In this document: positions 45,501 through 55,092 of the stretch, in pieces
How the letters are laid out: every line of letters starts with the position of its first letter
How positions within the stretch are numbered: position 1 is the stretch's first letter
Virus record (IMG/VR): IMGVR_UViG_3300035517_000038
Coordinates: 1-64,000 of that record
Length of the DNA: 64,000 bases
Origin: a virus
Lineage: Duplodnaviria; Caudoviricetes
Direction: 5' to 3' (one strand)
Notes under the pieces: model-generated
What the model saw: only the letters and a program-made list of their open reading frames with translations
Database searches by the model: none
What the model was told of the DNA's origin: nothing
Translations under genes and position numbers: made by a program

Positions 45501-48500
45501 GTTGGTTAGAAATATTCTCAGGCGAAGATAAGACTGTTAATATTAGAGAGGTTATGGCTAATTTGAGCATAATGTCTTTAGATAATATTAATGGTAAAGA
45601 GTATGATGATTGGACAGCACCAGAAATCAAAAGTATGTTCTTCCAGCAATATTTAGCAGCTGGTGATAAATTTGCGTGGTACAATACTCCTATATATTCT
45701 GACTCTACTACAGTTAATTTTATTAGGATGGTGAAATATACATCAGATAGTAAAGGCACCTTCAAAGAGAAGTTATTACCCAAATTCAATACTCTAGTAA
45801 GGCAAGAGTTAGGTAGAATATTGCAGGTAGAAAAGAGAAAAGCCCTTATAGAAGAGGGTAAGGTGATGGCTATTCAGAATTTTGACAAGAATGGTGATAA
45901 ATTTTTCTTTTTACCTAAACTCAATGACTATAAAGTAGGAGAGGTTAGCTTCCTGGATGCTATAAGAGCAGCTAAAGATGCAAATGATAATGCAAAAGTA
46001 GATGCTATTATAAATGAAGCCATTATGGAGATAATGGAGGAAGATTTTAAAGAATTTTACACAACTCAAGACATTCATGCTGTAACTGATGTCAATGGTA
46101 ATATTATTATAAAAGAGGATGGTAAAGCTCTAGAGAATAGCCTTTATTATATAGCTGTAAAAGAATTAGAATCTAGAAATCTATTACCTAAAGTAGAACC
46201 TAAAGCGGTAAACAAGGAAGGATTATCAAAGAAGGAGATAGAACAAGCAGAAGAAGCTGCAAAAGAAGAAGCTGAAGAAGAAACAAGAAAACGTATAAGT
46301 GCTGCTGTTGATGAACTTATAGAAGAATATTTCTGGAATAGCTGCTATGCAACCTCTCAGATTATTGAGATTACTGTTACTGACCCTGCGTTCTTTAAGA
46401 ATGATAATGGTGTAGACTTCCAAAAGCGCTTTAAGCAAATCTTTGCTGCTGGTACTAAGTTAAATACTCAATCTAGATATGGTAAAACTCATGAATTAAC
46501 AGTGTATCTTGCAGATGCTATCCAAACTACTGCTACTATGGGTAACCTTAGAAAAAATTTGGATACTGCTGTTAAAGAAAGAAGAATGACTAGAGAGCAA
46601 GCTGATGATATTATTGAAGCAATGCTCAGTATAAATGCTACAGATGCTCAGGCTTATAGAAACCTGGAATCTATGAGGTCTCTATTAGATATGATGGGTA
46701 AATGGGATGAGGAAACCATGAGTCCAGCATTTGAAAGACTGAGAGAGGGTACATATACTAAAGAAGATTTTGATATAGTATGGCAAACTATTAAACCGTT
46801 TGTATTTGCTCAAATAGGTAAGCCTGATGGTTTAGGTGGTATGCTGAAAGTTGCTCATCAGAATAAAAACTCTGAGTTTCTTATTCTCTCATTGTTTAAT
46901 ATGATTGGTAACTCCTATAGCACATCGCCTAAGATGAGAGCTATAGACCAGTTTATGCATGAGAATGGTATTGATGTTGTACAATTTGAATCTGCTGTTA
47001 AAGCAGGTGGTCAAGGTATTATAGATATATCACACTCCCCTCAAAAGCTTAAAAAAGCTCTTAAAGATGGTGTTATAGAGTTTAAGAGTGGTAAGGAAAA
47101 ATACTCATTCAGTATTAACGGTGCTACTACTTTCGGAGGAAAGAATGGTATCAAGGCTATGATGGATGCTAAACTTGTTAAAGGAGAAATTACACAGGAA
47201 GTTTATAATGACTTTATAAAGTACTTTGAGCCTTCACAAGTAGAAGTTTATCAGATGCTTAATGCAGCTGCTAAACAAGGTCCTAATATGCAAACTGACC
47301 CAAATGCTCCTGGCTATGGTTTAAATATGGAGGTTGTTCATGCTATTCCTTATGATAACTTTGTAGTACAGCAACCTACACCTGAGCATTTATTTGATAC
47401 TACTGCTGTTTTTGGCTCTCAGTTTAGAAATCTTATTACTGCTGACTTACCTGATAATATTTCTATAGAAGTTAATGGTATAAAGATTGAAGGTAAAGAT
47501 GCTGTATTAAAAACTTTCCAAAATGCTATTATTGAAAATTTATTAGATGCCTATCAAGAGGTAACTGATAGATTTGCTACTATAGAGGATTTACAAGAAG
47601 CTATATTAAAAACTGTAAAAGGTAATCCTAAATATGGTAGAGAGTTCTTAGAGGCTATGGAAATTGTAACTGATTCAGAAGGTAGAAAATCCTTTAATCT
47701 TCCTATGCATACTCCAGGTATGGCTACAAAGATGGAGGAGATTCTAAATGCTATGTTTAAAAATGCAATTGCTAAACAAAGTATTAAGGGCGGTAATGCT
47801 ATCCTTGTTTCTGACTTTGGTTTTACAAATGAGCTTGAGGTAATAAGAGATGAAGAAACTGGTGCTCTTGTAGAAGTAGAGTGCTATATGCCTTGGTATT
47901 CTAAAAAGAAATTTGGTGCATTTTTAACTAAAAAGACAGACCCTAGAGGTAATATTATAGAAACCCTCGATATAGAGAAACTTGAGAAAATGGCACCTGA
48001 CCTACTGGAGTTAATAGGTTATCGTATTCCTACTGAAGGTAAGTATTCAATGGTGCCTTTGAAAATTAAAGGTTTCTTACCTCAATCTCAAGGTTCTGCT
48101 ATCATGTTACCTGCTGATATTACTAAAATCGCAGGTTCGGACTTCGATGTTGACAAACTTTTTATGATGTTCCCTGAGTTTAAATCTTTCTCATATAATA
48201 AAGGTAAAGCTCTTAAGGACTATAAAAAGTTATTAGGAGCTGATAAATTTAACAAAGCAGCTGCTTCTATAATTACAGAAAATGCTGAAGTTGCTGAAAA
48301 AGTAGAGAAAAATTTAGATAATCTAATGTCTCTTTCTGAAGAAGAATTAGATGCTATAGATTATAAAGACCCTGATTTTAAAAAGTGGTTTAAGGAGCAT
48401 GAAAAAGAATATGAATATAAGAATGAATATGGAGACCCTGCTCCCAGATTAAAGAAGATAAAGGCTAAGACTACGGAAGCTGAAAAGATGAATAAACAAC

Positions 48501-50983
48501 AACGTAATAATATGTTGTTAGATATTTCAAGAGCCATCCTAAAAGACCCTAAAATATCTGAGCATTTTAATTCTCCTGGTAACTTTGATACTGTTAAAAA
48601 GGCTGCAAGAACATCAAGAATTTTAAATAGTAAGAAGTTGATAGAATCTCTTAAAGAAATGCTGACAGTAAATGATGTAGCACCTACCGAAAGAGAGATG
48701 GTAAAATGGTTACATAAAGCAGATTTAAAAACTGTTGATGACTTTTTGGAAAAATACACACCTAAAAGAAGCTTACTTAGTCCTAGTACATTTATGTACT
48801 TCCATGCTCAAAATATGACTGGTGGTAAACTCATAGGTATGTATGCTAATAATACTACAATACAAGCAAAAACTCAAGGTAAATATGCTGAATTAAGAGA
48901 ACAGTATTGCTTCACTATAAATGGTAGAGATATAGATAGTATCACAAAGCCATATATAACTATGCCTGATGGTACTATAATGCGTATCTCTAAAAACTGT
49001 GCAGAGTTTTCAGCAGCCTCTGTGGATAATGCTAAAGACCCTGTATTAGCAGACTTATTACAAGATACTGAGACAGCTCCTATTACTTCTACTATGCTTA
49101 GAATGGGTATGACTATTGATGAAATTGGTACTATATTTGCTAATCCTTATGTGCAAATACATCTTATAAATGGTGCAAAATTTGTTAATTCCCTGTATGC
49201 ACAGGAAATGGTGGCAGGGGAAACGTATATGACTGCTACTGGTAAAAGTACATACTACAATACAGAGGATATGCAGACTTCTATAATTAGTTTTAATAGG
49301 GGCAATTTAAATTATTCACCGGAAGAGTTATCAGATGAAGGGCTGGAAGAATTAGGACATTTGTATAATGGCTATAAACTCTTCTTACAAATAAGTAAAG
49401 TAGCTCAAACTGTTAAAGATATGTCTAAAGTGCAAAGAGCAGACTCTCCTAATGGTGCTATACAGAATACTGTAGCAAAAGCTATAATTCAGCAAAAAAG
49501 AGTAACAGCTTTTCAATTACTGGATAACTTTGAAAAAGAAGCTGTACGTAAAAATAAAAAACTTTTAGACCCTACGCCTGTTGTCGGTTTTATTAATTTA
49601 CTGCCTGAAAATAATGTAGGAAGGGCATTAAGCAGTAAAGAAGAGTTGAGAAACAAATTTAGAAACTCAAGTATGCCTATGTTGCAAGCTTTTTATTCTT
49701 TAGGTATAGATTTTGGTCTTGCTAATATTGCTAGATATTATGCTCCAATATCAGGAGGTGCTACATATGCTATAGACTTGTTATTTAAAAATGCTAAAAA
49801 TTATAAAGTAGGTGAAAAAGTTTTAGATAGATTCTTAAAACAATCTACTATATATTATCTAAGTAAAACTAAATTTTTTGGTGATGACCCTGAATCAGGA
49901 CAAACTTACAAAGAAAAAAGAGCATATTATCTAAATGAGTACCCTCATGAATTTAAAAAACTAAGACAAGAGCACCCGGAGCTTAATAATAATGAAGCTA
50001 TAAAAGCTCTATGGGTAAATGAAAACATTGATGAAGATACTGGTATTCCTATGGGAGCTACTATTGAGATGAGAAATGCATCTAAAAAAACTAAAACCAG
50101 CAGAATGATGCTTATGAACGCTTTTGATGCTTTATTTAATTCTAATGAGAAAACATCCGGAATTAGTGATGCATTAGCTGTTCAAGTAGCTACTGACTTA
50201 TTTGCATATGCTTACTATAAGTATGGTCTTGGTTTTGGTGCTAAATCCTTTGGTAATTTCTTCAGTCCTTTCTTCTATAATCAATTTAGTGACATAGTAA
50301 ATGATTTAAGATTAATGGATAGAAATTATGATATGACGGAAGCTTCTAATTACTATTACCAATTTATGGTTCAAAATGCTCCTGATATATTACCTACTTT
50401 CCAAGGTGGTATTAATAGTAAATTTGTATCAGGTGTTTTAGATTCAAAAGGTGAGGCTATTGAAGGTATGGTTAAAGTACCATTAGGTAAAGTATTTAAT
50501 AAATACGATGCTAATAGTATAGTACACCAGTATATTTGTGTTACAGATAATACTTCAGATGTATATCTATTTTCTGATATGTTAGAGTTAGAAGAAACAG
50601 ATGGTGCAGGTAACAAGATAAAAGTTAAATATGCTGCCTATGATAAAATAGGTTCAGTTGAGTCAAGCTCTTTTGTCTATGATGCTAATTCTGACCATAG
50701 AAAGTTAGTAGACGATTATGCAGATGAGGAACTTAATGCAGGTCTAGAAGATTTTGATTTAGATGAGGTTAGGGAATTAAGAAGAGCAGCAAGAGAAGAA
50801 TCTGAAGAGTCGGAAGCTCCTGTGGAAGATTTTGAAAAAGAAGATAAAGACTCTAGAAGACAAAGACTGGAAGATACTGATTTCGGAGATTATTCAGCAG
50901 TAGAAGAAGATGATGATGACACAGCCTCTGAAAATTATGACCCTCAAAAAGGCTTGGAAGCTGCTGGAGAAAAAAAATGTTAA
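42560..50983 (+). CDS. Virion-packaged two-barrel RNA polymerase (phi14:2 gp66-like) with N-terminal NADAR-like domain
   Basis: 2807 aa; catalytic GSDFDVDK (48140-48154), GYRIPTEG, TDAQAY, SVDNAKDP; a hallmark of Crassvirales. Confidence 0.9.
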   Translation: MSKIYCLFPTPDIIQLGKSVGITQPVIAANTIAAWQTKNSQPGVLPSLTQLSDYMKDSAKEREALAYALPFYEENTSEDSRGGSVDIQVGENGLVTMSLAKFKPGQNIDDWIDSFGLFSTSDKIAIVDEESAYAYTLFLNKEIVQRGLDKGILFRDAKNPNSELKAIHNRAITRLNKYNEEVRKIGIIAKDNRTKQVQERESLLDIVNGKGQNQDVSDNSNETIDIWSNQGNAQDLSNMAPRPFVHAFRGQEMKFDNVEKAFHFAKMEGLLSTLENLMSSTQNEDIKKACAKAIEEVRAKMVKIRDAKNGYKAREYGNERITSENRDVNIAITDYFAQVWNKGKARENHFNLMRESFLQNPTAAQRLVNTGNAKLTHDLGQNWAVPFAEDITKIREELKQLYKTQSQQHIEALNKLSSTGMVATGTKSPIRGASHVKDITERKQTKYSRLAAAFTPQQLTARYEKIARDFSQKVSDKVEELIAETEEKVQSGDINEALQANATLKMLKDPVQGRRIAIEKLTFNAIYKELMQDYKDMLEMAKEDNNAELVQKYQDIVDNFEALFDNACVIIEKLENLRITTQDVVEHTGNEKVNAIAAAIEEATAEKQLEEDDNSDDESGNRATGNDGWSYKAKFVDPYDSISAKTKAALTDIKRVIFDGVDEDGNVKTTEVYDDLGEVRYYDNTYIHGVLLHELSGIITPSEYMIRDKETGEVSFPALEKLSSKYPWVSQVIDKLKADETLASTFYNDLRKERTDFWKHKVVKVARKDGGFDYIWQTMSINNSVTQDSVIDTILQNFDSGNVLTTLSLYNTTGEINTENIDEILKIAAALENDASSTEDTEDLLELLDTFKNLMASIGVEIDNAYAYAIIQDKVLFPEVMEAFKDLIKEAKEWKKGKHFPTTALKLFKNFTDKLGYVEDNVPALSTREGDKSLPTYSAPNYLETIFKRLKSDEVRLSTLAEEFMKYDFFYDKENKKWKSGWLEIFSGEDKTVNIREVMANLSIMSLDNINGKEYDDWTAPEIKSMFFQQYLAAGDKFAWYNTPIYSDSTTVNFIRMVKYTSDSKGTFKEKLLPKFNTLVRQELGRILQVEKRKALIEEGKVMAIQNFDKNGDKFFFLPKLNDYKVGEVSFLDAIRAAKDANDNAKVDAIINEAIMEIMEEDFKEFYTTQDIHAVTDVNGNIIIKEDGKALENSLYYIAVKELESRNLLPKVEPKAVNKEGLSKKEIEQAEEAAKEEAEEETRKRISAAVDELIEEYFWNSCYATSQIIEITVTDPAFFKNDNGVDFQKRFKQIFAAGTKLNTQSRYGKTHELTVYLADAIQTTATMGNLRKNLDTAVKERRMTREQADDIIEAMLSINATDAQAYRNLESMRSLLDMMGKWDEETMSPAFERLREGTYTKEDFDIVWQTIKPFVFAQIGKPDGLGGMLKVAHQNKNSEFLILSLFNMIGNSYSTSPKMRAIDQFMHENGIDVVQFESAVKAGGQGIIDISHSPQKLKKALKDGVIEFKSGKEKYSFSINGATTFGGKNGIKAMMDAKLVKGEITQEVYNDFIKYFEPSQVEVYQMLNAAAKQGPNMQTDPNAPGYGLNMEVVHAIPYDNFVVQQPTPEHLFDTTAVFGSQFRNLITADLPDNISIEVNGIKIEGKDAVLKTFQNAIIENLLDAYQEVTDRFATIEDLQEAILKTVKGNPKYGREFLEAMEIVTDSEGRKSFNLPMHTPGMATKMEEILNAMFKNAIAKQSIKGGNAILVSDFGFTNELEVIRDEETGALVEVECYMPWYSKKKFGAFLTKKTDPRGNIIETLDIEKLEKMAPDLLELIGYRIPTEGKYSMVPLKIKGFLPQSQGSAIMLPADITKIAGSDFDVDKLFMMFPEFKSFSYNKGKALKDYKKLLGADKFNKAAASIITENAEVAEKVEKNLDNLMSLSEEELDAIDYKDPDFKKWFKEHEKEYEYKNEYGDPAPRLKKIKAKTTEAEKMNKQQRNNMLLDISRAILKDPKISEHFNSPGNFDTVKKAARTSRILNSKKLIESLKEMLTVNDVAPTEREMVKWLHKADLKTVDDFLEKYTPKRSLLSPSTFMYFHAQNMTGGKLIGMYANNTTIQAKTQGKYAELREQYCFTINGRDIDSITKPYITMPDGTIMRISKNCAEFSAASVDNAKDPVLADLLQDTETAPITSTMLRMGMTIDEIGTIFANPYVQIHLINGAKFVNSLYAQEMVAGETYMTATGKSTYYNTEDMQTSIISFNRGNLNYSPEELSDEGLEELGHLYNGYKLFLQISKVAQTVKDMSKVQRADSPNGAIQNTVAKAIIQQKRVTAFQLLDNFEKEAVRKNKKLLDPTPVVGFINLLPENNVGRALSSKEELRNKFRNSSMPMLQAFYSLGIDFGLANIARYYAPISGGATYAIDLLFKNAKNYKVGEKVLDRFLKQSTIYYLSKTKFFGDDPESGQTYKEKRAYYLNEYPHEFKKLRQEHPELNNNEAIKALWVNENIDEDTGIPMGATIEMRNASKKTKTSRMMLMNAFDALFNSNEKTSGISDALAVQVATDLFAYAYYKYGLGFGAKSFGNFFSPFFYNQFSDIVNDLRLMDRNYDMTEASNYYYQFMVQNAPDILPTFQGGINSKFVSGVLDSKGEAIEGMVKVPLGKVFNKYDANSIVHQYICVTDNTSDVYLFSDMLELEETDGAGNKIKVKYAAYDKIGSVESSSFVYDANSDHRKLVDDYADEELNAGLEDFDLDEVRELRRAAREESEESEAPVEDFEKEDKDSRRQRLEDTDFGDYSAVEEDDDDTASENYDPQKGLEAAGEKKC

Positions 50984-50998
50984 TAAAAAATTTAATAT

Positions 50999-53900
50999 AT
51001 GGCATCATGTACTTATGCCCCTAAAAAGGGCGCAGATTTATTCTATGCTCTAAAAAAAGAGCTTGGATATAATAAAGCCTGGGATGTAATTGGTATTATT
51101 AATAACCCTAAATTTAAGCAGGATTTTGCGGATACTCTCACTTTAGATAGTGAGGGTATCCCTACCCTTGCTTCTGTAATGGGTAATAAATATATACAAG
51201 GATTTCTAGGTATAGATAACACTGCTAAAATGCTACAACGAGAATACTCAGCTGTAGAAGATACTATGAGTAATTATAAATCAGCATTAGAACAGGCTAA
51301 ATTGTTTAATACTACAAGTGAGCATAAGAATAATTTCACAGCAGTAGTAAAAAATAAAGATGGTAAACTTAGAGTTACTATCTTACCTAGAACTGAAACT
51401 GCTTTAGAAGAGTTTAAAGACCAATATGCTGCACATAGCCTTAATAGGCAATTAGAGACCATTCTAGAGCCTGTAGGTATTACAGTGGGAATGTTATCAG
51501 AAGCAGAAATAAAGGCTGGTAGAACGGGCGTAATTAACTTTGCAGCTGCTAATAGAATGGCTCAAGATACTATATCTATGATTAGAGTAGCTAATAATAG
51601 ACAAGGTTTTGAAGCTCTTAGTGAAGAATATTCACACTTACTTGTAGCTGCCTTTAAAGATACTCCTCTATTAGAGAGGTTGATTAATGCTCTTGCAAAG
51701 GATGAGGAAGCCCTTAGAGTTATTCTTGGTGATGAATATGCAGATACTGTAAATTTCCAAGATGGAGATATGGCTCTTGTGGCTGAAGAAGCTGTAGGTC
51801 AATTATTGAGAGAGCACTTTGCTCAAAAAGTTGGGAGTAAGTCAGCTTTAATTAACCGCTTTAGAGATTTTGTACACTCTAAATATAAGGGTATGGATGA
51901 ATCAGATGTAGCCCATGCTATAGTAGAGTCTGAATCTGTGCTCAGTAGTTTAGTACAAAAAATGCTTGAAGGTACTCTAAAAGTTGACCCTGCTAAAATA
52001 GAAACCAGAATGGTGCAGCTTAATTCTTTAGCTGATAGATTGGACAGGAATATGGAACTACTAAAACATATGAAAGTTCAAGAGGTAAAACAGGCTCAAT
52101 TATCAGGTACTAGAGGTACTAGTGATACATTGCATAAAATTAATGTAGCTTTAAATAATTCTACAGATATTGCAGCACAAGCTGTAGGATTTACTGAATA
52201 TAGTATGGAGGCTCTTAAGGCTTTTACAAAGGCTCAGGGTTTATTAAATTCTATTGATAGAGGAATATCAACACAAGATACATTTAGAGATTTAAGACAG
52301 GTAGAGGCTACTATTGGTAAATACGGTAAATTTATAAAAGGGCTTAATGATACAATAAATGAGGAAAAAACATTAAGACAAGAGCAATTTGAAGTAGAAA
52401 TAGATGATGAGGGTAATCCTGTTTATACTCCATTAGACCCTGAAGATGTGTCTATGTTTGCTGAACCTATTCCAATTCTTCAGGATGATGGTACTTATGA
52501 ATATATAAATATGTATGAGGTACTCTCAGCTCTTAATGATATTTCACAAAGAATTGCTTCAGAATTTGAAGCAAAGTCTTTAAGCTCTTTTGCTAGTTTC
52601 TTAGAACCTGTATTAGGTACAGAGGTTACTACAGAAATTGGTAAAAATGCTGGTACTGGAGTATTGGTTACCGATTTATTAAAAAGAGCTTCTAATGATA
52701 TATCATTCTTTGATAGATGGTTGGACTCTATGGGACAGTCTAGAGACCCTATTCTTAATGCTTTTGATGAAATAGTCAAAAGGCAAAATGAGGAAGCTAA
52801 GGATAAAGCACAAGGTCTTATTAGAAGATTACAGAAGATAATGCTCGATGCTAAAGATAAAGGTATCACAGATTTTGATTGGATGTTTGAGAAACTCTCT
52901 GATGGTAGCCTTAGTGGTGATTATATTAGTGAGATTAATAGAAATCAATACCATAAAGAGAGATTAGAGATGGAAGCTGCTCTAGAGGCTAAATATGGCA
53001 GAAATCCTAAAGGCGAAGAATTAGAAGCTAAAAAGAGAGAAAGAGAAGCCTGGCATTTAGAACATTCTAAAAAGTCATTTGGTAGATGGCGTATTAATGA
53101 ACGTAAGTATGAAAATGCTGCTTATAAGGCACTGTCTAAAGACCAAAGAGAGATTCTTGATAGATTATTAGCTATCAAAGAAATTGCTGATAAATTATTA
53201 CCTGCAGCTAAAGTAGATAAGCTTAAAGCTGTACAAATGCGTAGAATGGGTAATAGTAGAGTATTAGATTCATTAGCACATCCTAGTAGAATTTGGGAAA
53301 ATATTAAGGAAGCGGTTGCTGAAGAATTATTAGATAGAAACGATGATAACCTTACTTTTGGTGAAAACAATAGAAGAGGTTTAAAAGATTTCTCAGGTAA
53401 GGAATATATGGAATTACCTGCTCTTTATACTAATAGGTTAGAAAATCCTAATGACCTTAATAGAGATGTAATAGGCTCTCTTATGGCTTATGTAGCTATG
53501 GCTTGCAAATATGAAGCTATGAATGAAGTAGTAGATGCCTTAGAAGTTGGTAGAAGTATAGTAAATAAAAGAGAAGTACAGAAAACTGTAGGTAATCAAC
53601 CTATGGTGGAGAAATTAAGTAATGGTTTTGATACAGTGACTGCAAAAATCTTACAAGATGGAAAGACAAATATGCAAGCCAAACTTGATGACTTTATGGC
53701 TTCACAAGTGTATAATAGATTATTAAAAGATTATGGTACATTTGATGTATTTGGTCAGAAGATTAATAAGAATAAAGCAGTTTCATTACTTCTTAAATAT
53801 TCTTCATTAGCTCAATTAGGGTTCAATGCTCTTGCTAACTTAGCCAATGTAACTCAAGGTGTGGCTATGCAGAATATAGAAGCTGCTGCAGGAGAGTTTT

Positions 53901-55039
53901 TCAATGCTAAAGAGTTAGCTAAAGCTGATGCTGCATATGGTAGAATGATTACAGGCTATCTTTCAGAGTTAGGTAGCAGAGTCAAAACTAACAAACTGTG
54001 GTTATTTGACCAAGCTATTGACTTTAAAGGTGACTACTTCAAGGATATGAAGCACCAAGATATGCGCAAGTTTGTACAAAGAGTATTGGGCAAAGAGCTT
54101 GCGTTTATAGGTCAAGAGGCTGGTGACCATTGGTTATATAACAGAACAGCTATAGCAATGGCTATGAGAACTAAGGTTAATGTTCCTGGTAAAGGGGTAA
54201 TGTCATTGTGGGATGCTCTAGAGTATGAATCTCCTAGTGGTATTAATGATTCTAGAATTAAAGAATGTAGACTACCTCAAGGTACTACTTTTGTAAAAAC
54301 AGGTGAAACTGCTAGTCTTAAGAGATTTGGTAGAGAAGTTCTAGAAATAAACCAAGAACTTTTTGGTATCTATAATGAAGAAGATGCCAATGCTGCTAAT
54401 AGAGTTATAGGTGGTAGATTGGTAATGCAGTATAGAAAATACATGAGACCTCTGTGGAATAAGAGATTTGGAGAATCTAGAAAATCTCTTATAACTGGTA
54501 GAGAGTACGAGGGTTTCTATCGTTCACTGTTTAAATTTGCATCAGCAGTAGCAAAAGAGAAAAGTTGGAAAAATAACTCTTTCATGTTAAATGCTACTGA
54601 ACATCAAAAGAGGAATTTAAGAAGAGCAGTTATGGATATTTTACAATGGGCAGTTATGGCAGCATTAGCTAATTTCTTAGAATGGCCTGATGATGATGAT
54701 AATTATATTTTCCAATTGACAGAATATCTAGTTAAAAGATTAAACAGAGAATTAGGTATGTTTGCTTTATCTCCTATAATGTTCCAAGAGTGGTACAACA
54801 CTATAACAGCCCCTGCAGCAACTTTATCTGTTGTAAAACAAGTTGGTATATTTGTAGGTTCATTAGTTAATCCTGTTAGCTGGATGGATGAAATAGAACA
54901 AGGTAGATATAAAGGTATGACTCAAGTAGGAAAAGCAGCGTATCTGTTACCTATTCCCTATTTATCTTACTACAGACAATGGGATAAATTCTATAATAGA
55001 CTTGATGAAATGTCAGATTACTATACTAGGTCTAGATAA
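50999..55039 (+). CDS. Large virion (ejected cargo) protein
   Basis: 1346 aa, follows the RNAP; degenerate zincin-like EEYSH; helical, with hydrophobic C-terminal segments. Confidence 0.65.
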   Translation: MASCTYAPKKGADLFYALKKELGYNKAWDVIGIINNPKFKQDFADTLTLDSEGIPTLASVMGNKYIQGFLGIDNTAKMLQREYSAVEDTMSNYKSALEQAKLFNTTSEHKNNFTAVVKNKDGKLRVTILPRTETALEEFKDQYAAHSLNRQLETILEPVGITVGMLSEAEIKAGRTGVINFAAANRMAQDTISMIRVANNRQGFEALSEEYSHLLVAAFKDTPLLERLINALAKDEEALRVILGDEYADTVNFQDGDMALVAEEAVGQLLREHFAQKVGSKSALINRFRDFVHSKYKGMDESDVAHAIVESESVLSSLVQKMLEGTLKVDPAKIETRMVQLNSLADRLDRNMELLKHMKVQEVKQAQLSGTRGTSDTLHKINVALNNSTDIAAQAVGFTEYSMEALKAFTKAQGLLNSIDRGISTQDTFRDLRQVEATIGKYGKFIKGLNDTINEEKTLRQEQFEVEIDDEGNPVYTPLDPEDVSMFAEPIPILQDDGTYEYINMYEVLSALNDISQRIASEFEAKSLSSFASFLEPVLGTEVTTEIGKNAGTGVLVTDLLKRASNDISFFDRWLDSMGQSRDPILNAFDEIVKRQNEEAKDKAQGLIRRLQKIMLDAKDKGITDFDWMFEKLSDGSLSGDYISEINRNQYHKERLEMEAALEAKYGRNPKGEELEAKKREREAWHLEHSKKSFGRWRINERKYENAAYKALSKDQREILDRLLAIKEIADKLLPAAKVDKLKAVQMRRMGNSRVLDSLAHPSRIWENIKEAVAEELLDRNDDNLTFGENNRRGLKDFSGKEYMELPALYTNRLENPNDLNRDVIGSLMAYVAMACKYEAMNEVVDALEVGRSIVNKREVQKTVGNQPMVEKLSNGFDTVTAKILQDGKTNMQAKLDDFMASQVYNRLLKDYGTFDVFGQKINKNKAVSLLLKYSSLAQLGFNALANLANVTQGVAMQNIEAAAGEFFNAKELAKADAAYGRMITGYLSELGSRVKTNKLWLFDQAIDFKGDYFKDMKHQDMRKFVQRVLGKELAFIGQEAGDHWLYNRTAIAMAMRTKVNVPGKGVMSLWDALEYESPSGINDSRIKECRLPQGTTFVKTGETASLKRFGREVLEINQELFGIYNEEDANAANRVIGGRLVMQYRKYMRPLWNKRFGESRKSLITGREYEGFYRSLFKFASAVAKEKSWKNNSFMLNATEHQKRNLRRAVMDILQWAVMAALANFLEWPDDDDNYIFQLTEYLVKRLNRELGMFALSPIMFQEWYNTITAPAATLSVVKQVGIFVGSLVNPVSWMDEIEQGRYKGMTQVGKAAYLLPIPYLSYYRQWDKFYNRLDEMSDYYTRSR

Positions 55040-55051
55040 TTAAATAGGTTC

Positions 55052-55092
55052 AATAAAAAGGGAGGCACCAAACGGTGTCTCCCTTATTTTTT
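55052..55092. terminator. Bidirectional intrinsic terminator
   Basis: A-tract, AAGGGAGGCACC-AAAC-GGTGTCTCCCTT, T-tract, between convergent genes. Confidence 0.85.
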